Assembly: GCA_047617745.1 (NCBI GenBank)
Contig: JBLGBN010000012.1
Coordinates: forward strand, 1-26,917
Direction of reading: 5' to 3'
DNA: 26,917 nucleotides
DNA from: Candidatus Nanohaloarchaea archaeon
Lineage (GTDB): Archaea; Nanohalarchaeota; Nanosalinia; Nanosalinales; Nanosalinaceae
The translations under genes were made by a program, and so were the position numbers. Of the stretch, positions 16,787 through 25,354 are shown in pieces (positions within the stretch are counted from its first letter, which is position 1; every line of letters begins with the position of its first letter). The notes under the pieces were generated by a model that saw nothing but the letters and a program-made list of their open reading frames with translations, was not told where the DNA came from and searched no databases.

Positions 16787-18598
16787 ATAAAACCTGCAAA
16801 GATGACCAAGCTATCGATCACAGGACTGAAGAGAGACCTTAGACCGGTCATCGAAGAACTTCACAATCTCGAACTCCTTGATATCGAAGATTACTCTGGA
16901 GAACTTGATACCGGAGAAACATTTGAGGAGGGTGAGGAAATCTCACAGCTACTTGTTGATCTCCGATCTCTTCTATCAAAGCTACCGAAAACAGAGGATT
17001 CGGAAGCTTCAGGTTTAGGATTCGAAGAGGTACACGAAAAAATTCCGGAGCTCAACGAAACCGTAAATGGTATTGAGGATCAGATAGCTGAACTGGAATC
17101 AGAAATCAATGAAATCAAAACGCAGAGAAACTTTTTCAAGAAAGTTTCAAACCTTGACCTGGAATACAGAGACCTCCAGGGAACAAGAGAGCTGGACTGT
17201 TTTGTCGGAAAGATTGATACAGAGCAGTTTGAAACGGAAGCTCCTAACACCAAATACGAATTGCTGGAGGGCAGAGGAGCAGATGTAGTTTTCTACCCTG
17301 AAGGAGAGGGATTTGAACAGGTAATTGAAAAAACTTCTAAGGATATTTTTGACTGCCCTCAAACTGATCTTGAAGGTCATGTATCCGATATCGAAGAAAA
17401 GCTTGCAGATAGTCTTGAAGAATTAAGACAGGAAAGAAACGCAAAACGGGAGGAGCTTCAACAACTTTCAGAGGGATGGAGAACAGACCTTGAGGAGACT
17501 GAGGAGTTCATGACGGAGAAAGTTGAGAAAGCTGAAGCTCCTATAAAATTTGCTACAACCGATTCGGCATTCTTTGCCAAAGGATGGGTTCCGACTGAGA
17601 AGTTTGGAAAGGTTGAGGAGAGACTTGCCCAGGTAACAGAGGGCAGGGTTCATGTCCAGGAGGAAGACGGCAATAACCCTCCTGTAAAGCACGACAACGT
17701 TGGACCTGTAAAGAACTTCGAGGATCTCACAGATCTCGTATCTGTACCTAAATACAACGAACTTGATCCTTCATTCATGCTACTACTAACGTTTCCACTA
17801 TTCTTCGGATTTATGATCGGGGATGCAGGATACGGATTAACATCACTGATTGTTTTCTACGCCGGTATGAAGATGTTTCCCGGGGCAACAGATATTTTCA
17901 AGTCACTGATGTACGCATCAGTCGCCACAATCATATTCGGACTGGCGTTCGGAGACGCCTTCGGGTATGTCCTGTTCGGTCATCACTCCGATCTTGCAGC
18001 AGTAACAGGTATACATCTGTTCGAGCAGATACCGCTTCTATGGCACAGAGCAGAACACTTGAACCAGGTATTCCAGATCTCCGCGCTTATCGGTTTAGTG
18101 CACGTTAACATAGGATACCTGCTCGGATTTTACAACGAGCATGTCAACCACGGGTTCAAGGAAGCGTTCCTTGAGAAAGGAAGCTGGCTGATGCTTGAAG
18201 TAGGCGCAGCACTCTGGTACTTCGGTGGTATGACAGCAGGAGCGCCAGTAATAGCAATCTCAGTAGCACTGCTCTACCTTGGAGAAGGAGTGGAAGGGGT
18301 TGTGGAGATTCCTTCACTGCTTTCAAATGTGTTATCTTATCTCAGAATATTTGGTGTGTCGGTCGCAGCAGTTTCACTGGCGGCGGTTGTCAATGGACTG
18401 GCTGATCCGCTTTTCCAGTCAGGATCGATGATCGGCATCGCGCTGGGAGTAGTAATGCTGATATTCGGACACACTTTCAACACGTTCATCAAAATCATGG
18501 AAGGCTTCCTCCAGGGCATCCGACTTCACTATGTCGAGATGTTCTCAAAGTTTTACGAAGGAGGAGGCAGAAAATATGTTCCTTTCGGATCAAGTTAA
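16787..18598 (+). CDS. atpI: A/V-type ATP synthase subunit I (a)
   Basis: GWVP, PKYNELDP, FFGFMIGDAGYG, essential Arg in LSYLRIFG, RLHYVEMFSKFYEGGG. First ATG is 16802, but the SD position and the conserved xPxxM N-terminus point to ATA 16787 (see findings). Confidence refers to the product, not the start. Confidence 0.95.
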   Translation: MKPAKMTKLSITGLKRDLRPVIEELHNLELLDIEDYSGELDTGETFEEGEEISQLLVDLRSLLSKLPKTEDSEASGLGFEEVHEKIPELNETVNGIEDQIAELESEINEIKTQRNFFKKVSNLDLEYRDLQGTRELDCFVGKIDTEQFETEAPNTKYELLEGRGADVVFYPEGEGFEQVIEKTSKDIFDCPQTDLEGHVSDIEEKLADSLEELRQERNAKREELQQLSEGWRTDLEETEEFMTEKVEKAEAPIKFATTDSAFFAKGWVPTEKFGKVEERLAQVTEGRVHVQEEDGNNPPVKHDNVGPVKNFEDLTDLVSVPKYNELDPSFMLLLTFPLFFGFMIGDAGYGLTSLIVFYAGMKMFPGATDIFKSLMYASVATIIFGLAFGDAFGYVLFGHHSDLAAVTGIHLFEQIPLLWHRAEHLNQVFQISALIGLVHVNIGYLLGFYNEHVNHGFKEAFLEKGSWLMLEVGAALWYFGGMTAGAPVIAISVALLYLGEGVEGVVEIPSLLSNVLSYLRIFGVSVAAVSLAAVVNGLADPLFQSGSMIGIALGVVMLIFGHTFNTFIKIMEGFLQGIRLHYVEMFSKFYEGGGRKYVPFGSS

Positions 18599-18626
18599 AT
18601 CAATATTTCAGGTGAAAACCACTATG
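18596..18626 (+). repeat. Intergenic cassette copy 1: TAAATCAATA-N4-AGGTGAAA-N6-ATG
   Basis: Same sequence blocks and identical offsets as 20828-20858 (GGTGA 15 nt and ATG 28 nt after the first base of the upstream TAA). Confidence 0.8.
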
Positions 18627-18671
18627 CTCAAAATCACAAAAACACAAGGTGAAATCCAAAAATGGCAGTAG
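18624..18671 (+). CDS. Putative leader mini-ORF (MLKITKTQGEIQKWQ) overlapping the atpK start
   Basis: SD GGTGA 18611-18615, 8 nt before the ATG; ACTATG context as in tfb, atpE and atpB. Contains the atpK SD; its stop lies within the first 10 nt of atpK. Confidence 0.5.
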   Translation: MLKITKTQGEIQKWQ

Positions 18672-18886
18672 GACAGTTTGCAGCAATCGGTGCAGGACTG
18701 GCTGTAGGTATTGCAGCACTTGCAACAGGATGGGCCCAGGCAAAGATCGGATCCGCTGGAGTTGGCGCTCTGGCAGAAGACGACAGCCTGTTCGGACAGG
18801 TTCTTATCCTGACAGTCATCCCGGAGACTATGGTTATCTTCGGACTCGTAGTCGCACTGGTTGCCACAGGCTTCATTGGAGCATAA
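18662..18886 (+). CDS. atpK: A/V-type ATP synthase subunit K (c, proteolipid, single hairpin)
   Basis: 74 aa, two TM helices; AQAKIGSAGVGALAED, and IPETMVIFG with the ion-binding Glu. Confidence 0.96.
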   Translation: MAVGQFAAIGAGLAVGIAALATGWAQAKIGSAGVGALAEDDSLFGQVLILTVIPETMVIFGLVVALVATGFIGA

Positions 18887-18895
18887 AAACTCAAA

Positions 18896-18913
18896 GAGGG
18901 CCGCAAGGCTCTC
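18896..18913 (+). promoter_or_regulatory. GNRA-tetraloop hairpin downstream of atpK
   Basis: GAGGGCC-GCAA-GGCTCTC: 7-bp stem (one G-U) with GCAA loop, 9 nt after the atpK stop. Confidence 0.65.
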
Positions 18914-18964
18914 CCAAACCTTTCATTTATTCAAATACAACAAAACGTGAGGAAAAAAGATACT

Positions 18965-19498
18965 ATGGGACTTGAAGAAATCAAATCGGAAATTCTGCAG
19001 GAAGCAGAGCAAAAATCAGACGAAATAGTCAAAGAAGCTGAAGAAGAAAGGGATAGAATTATCGAAGAAGCTGAAGAAGAAGCTGAACAGATCAAAGAGG
19101 AAATGGAGGAAGAACTTGAAGAAGAGAAGGAAAACTACAGGAAGAAAGCTCTATCCAGCGCCCGGATGAAGGCGAAAGAGGAGAAGATGAGAGCAAAGCA
19201 AGATGAGATTGAAGAAGTATTCAAGGAGTTTAGACACTATCTCGACAAACTGACTGAAAGCGAAAAAGAAAAGTTCGCTGAATCCTGTCTTGACAAAGTT
19301 GACTTCGAAGTCGCAAAAGTTGAGGGAAGCTCGGAGTTCAGCGGAGCCGTAGATGTTGATTTTGAGGAGAAAGAAAATATTGAAGGAATCCGGGTTATTT
19401 CAGAAGACGGAAGCCGGATGCAGAGCTTTACCTTCGACAAAATCCTAAAGCAGATGAAAGAAGAGCACAGAAAGGAAGTCGCGGACATACTTTTCTGA
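18965..19498 (+). CDS. atpE: A/V-type ATP synthase subunit E
   Basis: MGLEEIKSEILQEAE coiled coil, C-terminal GIRVISEDGS...FTFD...EVADILF. ATG 18965 preferred over GTG 18947. Confidence 0.93.
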   Translation: MGLEEIKSEILQEAEQKSDEIVKEAEEERDRIIEEAEEEAEQIKEEMEEELEEEKENYRKKALSSARMKAKEEKMRAKQDEIEEVFKEFRHYLDKLTESEKEKFAESCLDKVDFEVAKVEGSSEFSGAVDVDFEEKENIEGIRVISEDGSRMQSFTFDKILKQMKEEHRKEVADILF

Positions 19499-19508
19499 GG
19501 TGTATAGA

Positions 19509-20507
19509 ATGATATCACGAGACTACCCCTACATGTACGCAAGAGTAAGCGCCAAGAAGGCCAAACTGCTCGAGGAATCAGATTACCAGCAGCTAATCAA
19601 GATGGAGCCGAACGAGATAGCGAGAAAGCTCCAGGAAGGAGGCTACAAGACAGATATCGACGAACTTGGTGTGGAATATGACGGGGTAGAGCTCGTGGAA
19701 CTCGCTCTCATGAGGAATGTTTCAAGGACGATGGCAGACATGATAGATATATCGCCAGATTCTCTTGACCCGGTTATCAATTCCTTCCTGAGACGGTACG
19801 ACATTCTTAGCCTCAAGAGACTTCTGAGATGGAAGAAAGGAGGAGAGAAAGGAGAGGTTAAAGACCTGCTTGTACCTGTAGGACAGTACACGGCTGAAGA
19901 TCTCCAAGAACTCTCGGAGAAAAGCTTTGAGGAAATATGTCGATCTATAAAATTCAAGGATTCAGATGTAGACTATCAGTCCTTTATAGAGAACACTGAT
20001 GACATAAGAGAAGTCGAGAGAAATCTTGACCGCGCTTACTATAAGGAAATGAGGCAGACAGCTGATTCACTTGGCAACATGTGGTTCAAGAAGTTCATCA
20101 GAAAAGAAGTTGAGTACGAAGATCTGAAAATAGCTTTACGGCTGAAGAAGTATGGACTGGAGATAGAGGAAATAGAGGAATGGCTTGTAGGCGAGAAAAT
20201 AACGAAATGCATCGAGAAAGTACTGGAATCGGAGAATCTAGATGAAGCAATTAAAGAAGTCGAGGAATGTGAGGGATTAGAGTTCCAGAATGGAAAGAAT
20301 ATCGAAGATGTGGAACATACACTGGAAATTGAGAGACTGAAATCCGCCTTCAGAACGCTTCACACAGAGCCGCTCGGACTAACATCAGTATTCGGATATA
20401 TTGTTGCAAAAATGGTTGAGGTCAAGAACCTCAGAATGCTTATCAGAGCTAAAGAGACAAATATCCAAAACCAGGAAACAATCAGGAGAAACCTGGTAAT
20501 AGCATAG
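19509..20507 (+). CDS. atpC: A/V-type ATP synthase subunit C (d-like)
   Basis: YPYMYARVSAKKAKLL, RRYDI..LK..LR.K and YIVAKMVEVKNLRMLIRAK. SD GAGGTG favours ATG 19509 over GTG 19500. Confidence 0.95.
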   Translation: MISRDYPYMYARVSAKKAKLLEESDYQQLIKMEPNEIARKLQEGGYKTDIDELGVEYDGVELVELALMRNVSRTMADMIDISPDSLDPVINSFLRRYDILSLKRLLRWKKGGEKGEVKDLLVPVGQYTAEDLQELSEKSFEEICRSIKFKDSDVDYQSFIENTDDIREVERNLDRAYYKEMRQTADSLGNMWFKKFIRKEVEYEDLKIALRLKKYGLEIEEIEEWLVGEKITKCIEKVLESENLDEAIKEVEECEGLEFQNGKNIEDVEHTLEIERLKSAFRTLHTEPLGLTSVFGYIVAKMVEVKNLRMLIRAKETNIQNQETIRRNLVIA

Positions 20508-20518
20508 GTGGAGAAAAA

Positions 20519-20830
20519 ATGGAAAATGAAGAAGACAAGAAATCGATCGCAGTAATAGGGGAAAGAGAGTTCACGGTAGGATTCGAACTGGCAGGAGTTC
20601 AGAAGACATACGGAAAGGAAAACTACCGGGAGCAGATCCAGGAACTGATCGAAAGAGAGGACTTGGGAATTATCGTCGCGGAAAAATCCGATATTGATGA
20701 ACTCCCGGAAAGAATTAGAAGAAAGGTTAACGAATCCGTTGACCCTGTTGTAGTACCGCTTTCAGAGAAGGCAGAGGACTCACAGCTACAGGACAAAATC
20801 AGAAAGGTAATCGGAGTGGATTTATCTTAA
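20519..20830 (+). CDS. atpF: A/V-type ATP synthase subunit F
   Basis: IAVIGEREFTVGFELAGV, DLGIIV, SVDPVVV and IRKVIGVDL. Confidence 0.95.
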   Translation: MENEEDKKSIAVIGEREFTVGFELAGVQKTYGKENYREQIQELIEREDLGIIVAEKSDIDELPERIRRKVNESVDPVVVPLSEKAEDSQLQDKIRKVIGVDLS

Positions 20831-20858
20831 ATCAATACTAAAGGTGAAATTCAAAATG
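20828..20858 (+). repeat. Intergenic cassette copy 2: TAAATCAATA-N4-AGGTGAAA-N6-ATG
   Basis: Matches 18596-18626 in sequence blocks and spacing. Confidence 0.8.
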
Positions 20859-20909
20859 AAAACTCAAAACGCGCTATTCGATTTCAGCTCAGAAGGTGAT
20901 GCTGAATGA
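20856..20909 (+). CDS. Putative leader mini-ORF ([17 protein letters not shown]) coupled to atpA
   Basis: SD GGTGA 20843-20847, 8 nt before the ATG. Contains the atpA SD (20895-20899) and ends in an ATGA overlap with the atpA start. Confidence 0.55.
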   Translation: MKTQNALFDFSSEGDAE

Positions 20910-22663
20910 CACAGACACAAATTCAGGAAACAGAAAAGGACGGCACAATCTACAAGGTCGCAGGACCTGTAGTGATCGCCGAAAACATGGACCCTCAGAT
21001 GAACGACGTCGTCAAGGTAGGCGACGAAGGACTGATGGGAGAAGTAATCCAGATTGAAGGAGACAAAAGCTACATCCAGGTGTACGAAGACACCACCGGA
21101 GTTAAACCGGGGGAACCTGTACACAACACCGAGCAACCTCTATCCGTAGAGCTCGGGCCGGGACTGCTCGGTTCAATCTACGACGGTCTTCAGAGACCGC
21201 TACCAGCTCTGCAGGACAAGACCGGTGACTTCATCGAAAGAGGAGAAGACGCACCGGGAATCGACCTGGAAAAAGAATACGAGTTCGAACCTGCTGTAGA
21301 AGAAGGAAAACACGTTACAGGTGGAGACGTACTTGGAACGACAGAAGTAGAGTACGGAGAACACAAAGTTCTACTACCTCCAGGAATCGAGGGAGAAGTA
21401 GAGGAAATCAAGGAAGGAAGCTTCACAGTAGAGGAAACCGTCGCAGTAGTCGACGGAGAAGAAGTAGCCATGAGACAGGAATGGCCGATCAGAGAAGCAA
21501 GACAGGTAGAAACCGACCTAGAACCAGAAGTACCTCTTGTCACAGGACAGAGAGTTCTCGACGGACTGTTCCCTCTTGCGAAAGGAGGAACAGCAGCGAT
21601 CCCAGGACCGTTCGGATCTGGGAAAACAGTTACACAGCAGAGCCTCGCCAAGTTCTCTGATGCCGATATAATTGTCTACATCGGATGCGGAGAACGTGGA
21701 AACGAGATGACAGAAGTACTGGAAGAGTTCCCAGAACTTGAAGACCCACAGACAGGGGACAAAATCATTAATCGAACAGTACTGATCGCAAACACATCAA
21801 ACATGCCTGTAGCAGCACGTGAAGCATCAATCTACACAGGTATCACGATTGCAGAATACTTCAGGGATCAGGGACTTGACGTCGCGCTGATGGCCGACTC
21901 AACCTCACGATGGGCAGAAGCCATGCGTGAGATCTCAGCAAGACTTGAAGAGATGCCCGGCGAAAGAGGATACCCTGCCTACCTTGCATCAAAACTCGCA
22001 AGCTTCTACGAGAGAGCAGGAAGAGTCGAACCGCTCGGACCGGAAGATCCGGGATCAGTTTCCATCATCGGGGCGGTTTCACCTCCTGGTGGAGACTTTT
22101 CGGAGCCGGTAACACAGAACACGCTCAGAGTTGTGAAGAACTTCTGGGCGCTTGACTCCGATCTGGCCGAGAAAAGACACTTCCCGGCGATCAACTGGGA
22201 CGACTCCTACTCGGGATACAGCGAGATGCTTTCCGACTACTTCGAGGAAGAAGTCGATGCAGACTGGACAGAAAACATCCAGAGAATGAGAGACATCCTT
22301 CAGAAAGACGGAGAACTGCAGGAAACAGTACAGCTCGTTGGTAAAGACGCACTGCCAGACAGGGAAAGACTGACACTCAGAATTGCAAACCTGATCAAGC
22401 AGTTCTACCTGCAGCAGAACGCTTTCCACGATGTTGATCAGTACTCAAGTCCTCAGAAAACATTCGATATCCTTGAACTGATCCTTGACTGGGCAGACAA
22501 TGCTTACGAAGCACTTGAAGAAGGAGCGCTTGTAGAAGATATCGTTGCTCTGGATTCAGGGAACAGGATTTCCGAACTCAAGTTCGAGGAAGACTACGAA
22601 GAACTCAAAACCGAGATCCGGAAACAGATGGAAACCGAGTTTGAGGACGTAGTCGAGGAGTAG
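20906..22663 (+). CDS. atpA: A/V-type ATP synthase catalytic subunit A
   Basis: Walker [61 protein letters not shown] and HFPAINW. No intein. Confidence 0.99.
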   Translation: MTQTQIQETEKDGTIYKVAGPVVIAENMDPQMNDVVKVGDEGLMGEVIQIEGDKSYIQVYEDTTGVKPGEPVHNTEQPLSVELGPGLLGSIYDGLQRPLPALQDKTGDFIERGEDAPGIDLEKEYEFEPAVEEGKHVTGGDVLGTTEVEYGEHKVLLPPGIEGEVEEIKEGSFTVEETVAVVDGEEVAMRQEWPIREARQVETDLEPEVPLVTGQRVLDGLFPLAKGGTAAIPGPFGSGKTVTQQSLAKFSDADIIVYIGCGERGNEMTEVLEEFPELEDPQTGDKIINRTVLIANTSNMPVAAREASIYTGITIAEYFRDQGLDVALMADSTSRWAEAMREISARLEEMPGERGYPAYLASKLASFYERAGRVEPLGPEDPGSVSIIGAVSPPGGDFSEPVTQNTLRVVKNFWALDSDLAEKRHFPAINWDDSYSGYSEMLSDYFEEEVDADWTENIQRMRDILQKDGELQETVQLVGKDALPDRERLTLRIANLIKQFYLQQNAFHDVDQYSSPQKTFDILELILDWADNAYEALEEGALVEDIVALDSGNRISELKFEEDYEELKTEIRKQMETEFEDVVEE

Positions 22664-22674
22664 AGGTGAATACT

Positions 22675-24066
22675 ATGACACAACAAGAATACAAGACGAT
22701 CAACGAGATTAAAGGACCACTGGTATTTGTGGAGAAAACCGACGATGTAGCCTACGGAGACATTGTAGAGATTGAAACTCCTGACGGCGATGTCAAGAAA
22801 GGAGAAGTACTGGAGACCTCCAAGGACGTTGTAATTGTCCAGGTATACGAGGAAACCAGAGGAATCGGACAGGACGCGTCTGTAAGATTCCTTGATGAAA
22901 ACGTCAAGATGCCGTGTACCGATGACCTTCTCGGAAGAATCCTCGGCGGTACAGGAGAACCGATCGACGACGGACCGGAGATCATTCCGGAAGAGGAAAG
23001 AGATATTGTCGGAGAGGCAATCAACCCGTACTCCCGAGAACTACCAGAAGACTTCATTCAGACCGGCATCTCCTCAATCGACGTCATGAACACACTGGTT
23101 AGAGGGCAGAAACTGCCGATCTTCTCAGGTTCAGGACTACCTCACAACGAGCTCGCTATGCAGATTGCGAGACAGGCAGATACCAAAGGACAGGATGAGG
23201 AGTTCGCAGTAGTCTTCGCCGGTATGGGAATTACGGAAGAAGAGTCTCAGGACTTCATGAGAGAGTTCCGGGAGACAGGAGCACTGGAGAGATCGGTTGT
23301 ATTCCTGAACAAGGCCTCCGACCCTGCTCCAGAGAGAATCATCACTCCGAGAATGGCGCTGACAACAGCAGAGTACCTTGCATTCGAGAAAGGCATGGAA
23401 GTACTGGTTATCATGACAGACATGACCAACTACTGCAACGCTCTTCGTGAAGTCTCAGCAGCTCGTGAAGAAGTACCAGGAAGAAGAGGATACCCGGGAT
23501 ACATGTACACAGATCTCGCGAACCTTTACGAGAGAGCAGGAATTATCGAAGGAAGGGAAGGATCAGTTACACAGATTCCAATCCTGACTATGCCTAACGA
23601 CGACATCACACATCCGATCCCAGACCTTACAGGTTACATTACAGAAGGGCAGATCGTTGTCGACAGAGATCTTGACAACAAAGGATATCAGCCTCCGGTT
23701 GACGTTCTACCAAGTCTATCCCGACTGATGGACAACGGTATCGGTGAAGGATTTACAAGAGGAGACCACGGCGATCTGAAGGACCAGGTCTACGCAACCT
23801 ACGCCGAAGGAGAATCCCTAAGAGACCTAGTTGCAATTGTCGGAGAGGACGCACTTTCCGAGAAAGACGAGAAGATTCTGAAGTTCGCTGACAAGTTCGA
23901 GAAACACTTTGTCGGTCAGGGAGCCAGAGAGGACAGAGATATCGAGGAATCTCTGGAGCTTTCATGGGACCTGCTTTCAATGGTTCCAGAATCCGAGCTC
24001 ACAAGAATCGATCCGGAAACCCGTGAAAAATACCTCGAAAACCGCGAACCAGAGTTTGAGGAGTGA
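22675..24066 (+). CDS. atpB: A/V-type ATP synthase subunit B
   Basis: [50 protein letters not shown] and [24 protein letters not shown] favours ATG 22675. Confidence 0.99.
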   Translation: MTQQEYKTINEIKGPLVFVEKTDDVAYGDIVEIETPDGDVKKGEVLETSKDVVIVQVYEETRGIGQDASVRFLDENVKMPCTDDLLGRILGGTGEPIDDGPEIIPEEERDIVGEAINPYSRELPEDFIQTGISSIDVMNTLVRGQKLPIFSGSGLPHNELAMQIARQADTKGQDEEFAVVFAGMGITEEESQDFMREFRETGALERSVVFLNKASDPAPERIITPRMALTTAEYLAFEKGMEVLVIMTDMTNYCNALREVSAAREEVPGRRGYPGYMYTDLANLYERAGIIEGREGSVTQIPILTMPNDDITHPIPDLTGYITEGQIVVDRDLDNKGYQPPVDVLPSLSRLMDNGIGEGFTRGDHGDLKDQVYATYAEGESLRDLVAIVGEDALSEKDEKILKFADKFEKHFVGQGAREDRDIEESLELSWDLLSMVPESELTRIDPETREKYLENREPEFEE

Positions 24067-24068
24067 AG

Positions 24069-24386
24069 ATGGCATACGCAGGCGAAGCCGAAAGAGTCCA
24101 CGATGTAGATATTGAAGAGGTCGAGGATTACCTCCGGGAAGTTCCTGAAGATTATGCAGGTGTAGAAAGCCAAGAGGGGGCAGAAATAGACAGAGAGACC
24201 GATATCAAGGAACTGCTGGAAGAAGCAGATCGGGCTACCCTAACTGACGACTACAACCCTACTGGATCTATCGGTTTCAGCTTGTTTGAATCCCAGAACG
24301 GGAGAGGAGAGAAAATTGATGAAATAGATGTAGATATAGACGAGATCGGTGATGAAGACAGGATTTACATGGAGATGATAGAATGA
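24069..24386 (+). CDS. Uncharacterised highly acidic protein inside the ATP synthase operon (orfX)
   Basis: Fills the atpB-atpD gap exactly: ATG 2 nt after the atpB stop with GAGGAGTGA upstream, and ATGA overlap with atpD. Confidence 0.8.
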   Translation: MAYAGEAERVHDVDIEEVEDYLREVPEDYAGVESQEGAEIDRETDIKELLEEADRATLTDDYNPTGSIGFSLFESQNGRGEKIDEIDVDIDEIGDEDRIYMEMIE

Positions 24387-25006
24387 GCCAGGACGTTAAG
24401 CCAACAAGGTCGGAGGAACTCCGTTTGAAGGAAAGGATCGAGCTTGCGGAGAATGGCCACGATATCCTTGAGAAGAAGAGGGACGGTCTGATCCACGAGT
24501 TCATGGAGATAGCAGGAGACGCTAAAGAAACAAACCAGGAACTGGCAGATATCTACTCTCAGGCCAGGCTCAAGATGCTTATGGCAAAGATCTACGACGG
24601 GGAGGACATGATCCAGGCGAACTCTTTCCCTGTTAAGAACGAGCCAAAGATAACCTCCTCAACTCAGAATATTATGGGTGTGGTTGTACCGGAGATTGAA
24701 TCCGAGAAAATAGCGACAAATATTCTTCAGAGAGAATACGGAATTACTTCGGCTTCCTCGAGAATTGACTCTGTAGCGGATAAGTACGAGGAGCTTCTGG
24801 AGAAAATAGTTGAAGCAGCGGAAACCCAGACCAAGATACTGAAACTGCTTAACGAAATAGAGAAGACCAAGAGAAGAGTAAACGCGCTCGAGCACAAAGT
24901 TATTCCGGAGCAGAAAGACGCTCTGGAGATGGTTTCCCAGTCGCTTGAGGAGTCCGAAAGAGAGGAAACCTTCCGGATGAAGAAGGTTAAGGATATGCAG
25001 GACTAA
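24383..25006 (+). CDS. atpD: A/V-type ATP synthase subunit D
   Basis: VKPTRSEEL, GHDILEKKRDGLIHEF, NIMGVVVP, EIEKTKRRVNALEH and EREETFRMKKVK. Confidence 0.98.
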   Translation: MSQDVKPTRSEELRLKERIELAENGHDILEKKRDGLIHEFMEIAGDAKETNQELADIYSQARLKMLMAKIYDGEDMIQANSFPVKNEPKITSSTQNIMGVVVPEIESEKIATNILQREYGITSASSRIDSVADKYEELLEKIVEAAETQTKILKLLNEIEKTKRRVNALEHKVIPEQKDALEMVSQSLEESEREETFRMKKVKDMQD

Positions 25007-25057
25007 TTTTTCCTGTTCACTCTATTCCTATCTATTTTATCACTAATTTAACTTTTT
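25007..25057 (+). terminator. Putative T-rich terminator of the ATP synthase operon
   Basis: TTTTTCCTGTTCACTCTATTCCTATCTATTTTAT directly after the atpD stop. Confidence 0.4.
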
Positions 25058-25076
25058 AGCACCAACCAAATATGGT

Positions 25077-25319
25077 ATGGATGCTGAGGAAATCCTGGAT
25101 CTGGATGTAAATGCTATTATGGAGCAGGATTTCTACTGTCATCTCTGCGAGGAAGAGGGAAGAGAGCAGGAGCTTGTAACTCGGTACCATGTAGAGGAGA
25201 GGGAGAGTTACAGGCCGGGTAGGGATAAATACACTGCGGTCGCTGAACAGGGCTGTCCGCGGCCTGAACATGTTGAGGTTGACTTCCGGATAACAGAGAC
25301 TTTCTACAGCCAGAGCTGA
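25077..25319 (+). CDS. Small putative Zn-binding protein (80 aa)
   Basis: CHLC...CPRPEH (CxxC + Cx4H), acidic, occupies its own intergenic slot. Confidence 0.7.
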   Translation: MDAEEILDLDVNAIMEQDFYCHLCEEEGREQELVTRYHVEERESYRPGRDKYTAVAEQGCPRPEHVEVDFRITETFYSQS

Positions 25320-25354
25320 ATCTATTTTAATATCCGTAGCCCAATAAATGGTGT

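Noticed and set aside
18649..18975. 108-aa + strand ORF overlapping atpK
   Set aside because: It starts at the GTG inside the atpK SD, is an alternative frame of a clearly real gene, and has a basic Arg/Ser-rich composition unlike this proteome.
20906..22663. Possible intein in atpA (a common insertion site)
   Set aside because: The length is normal and GPFGSGKTV and GCGERGNE are uninterrupted.
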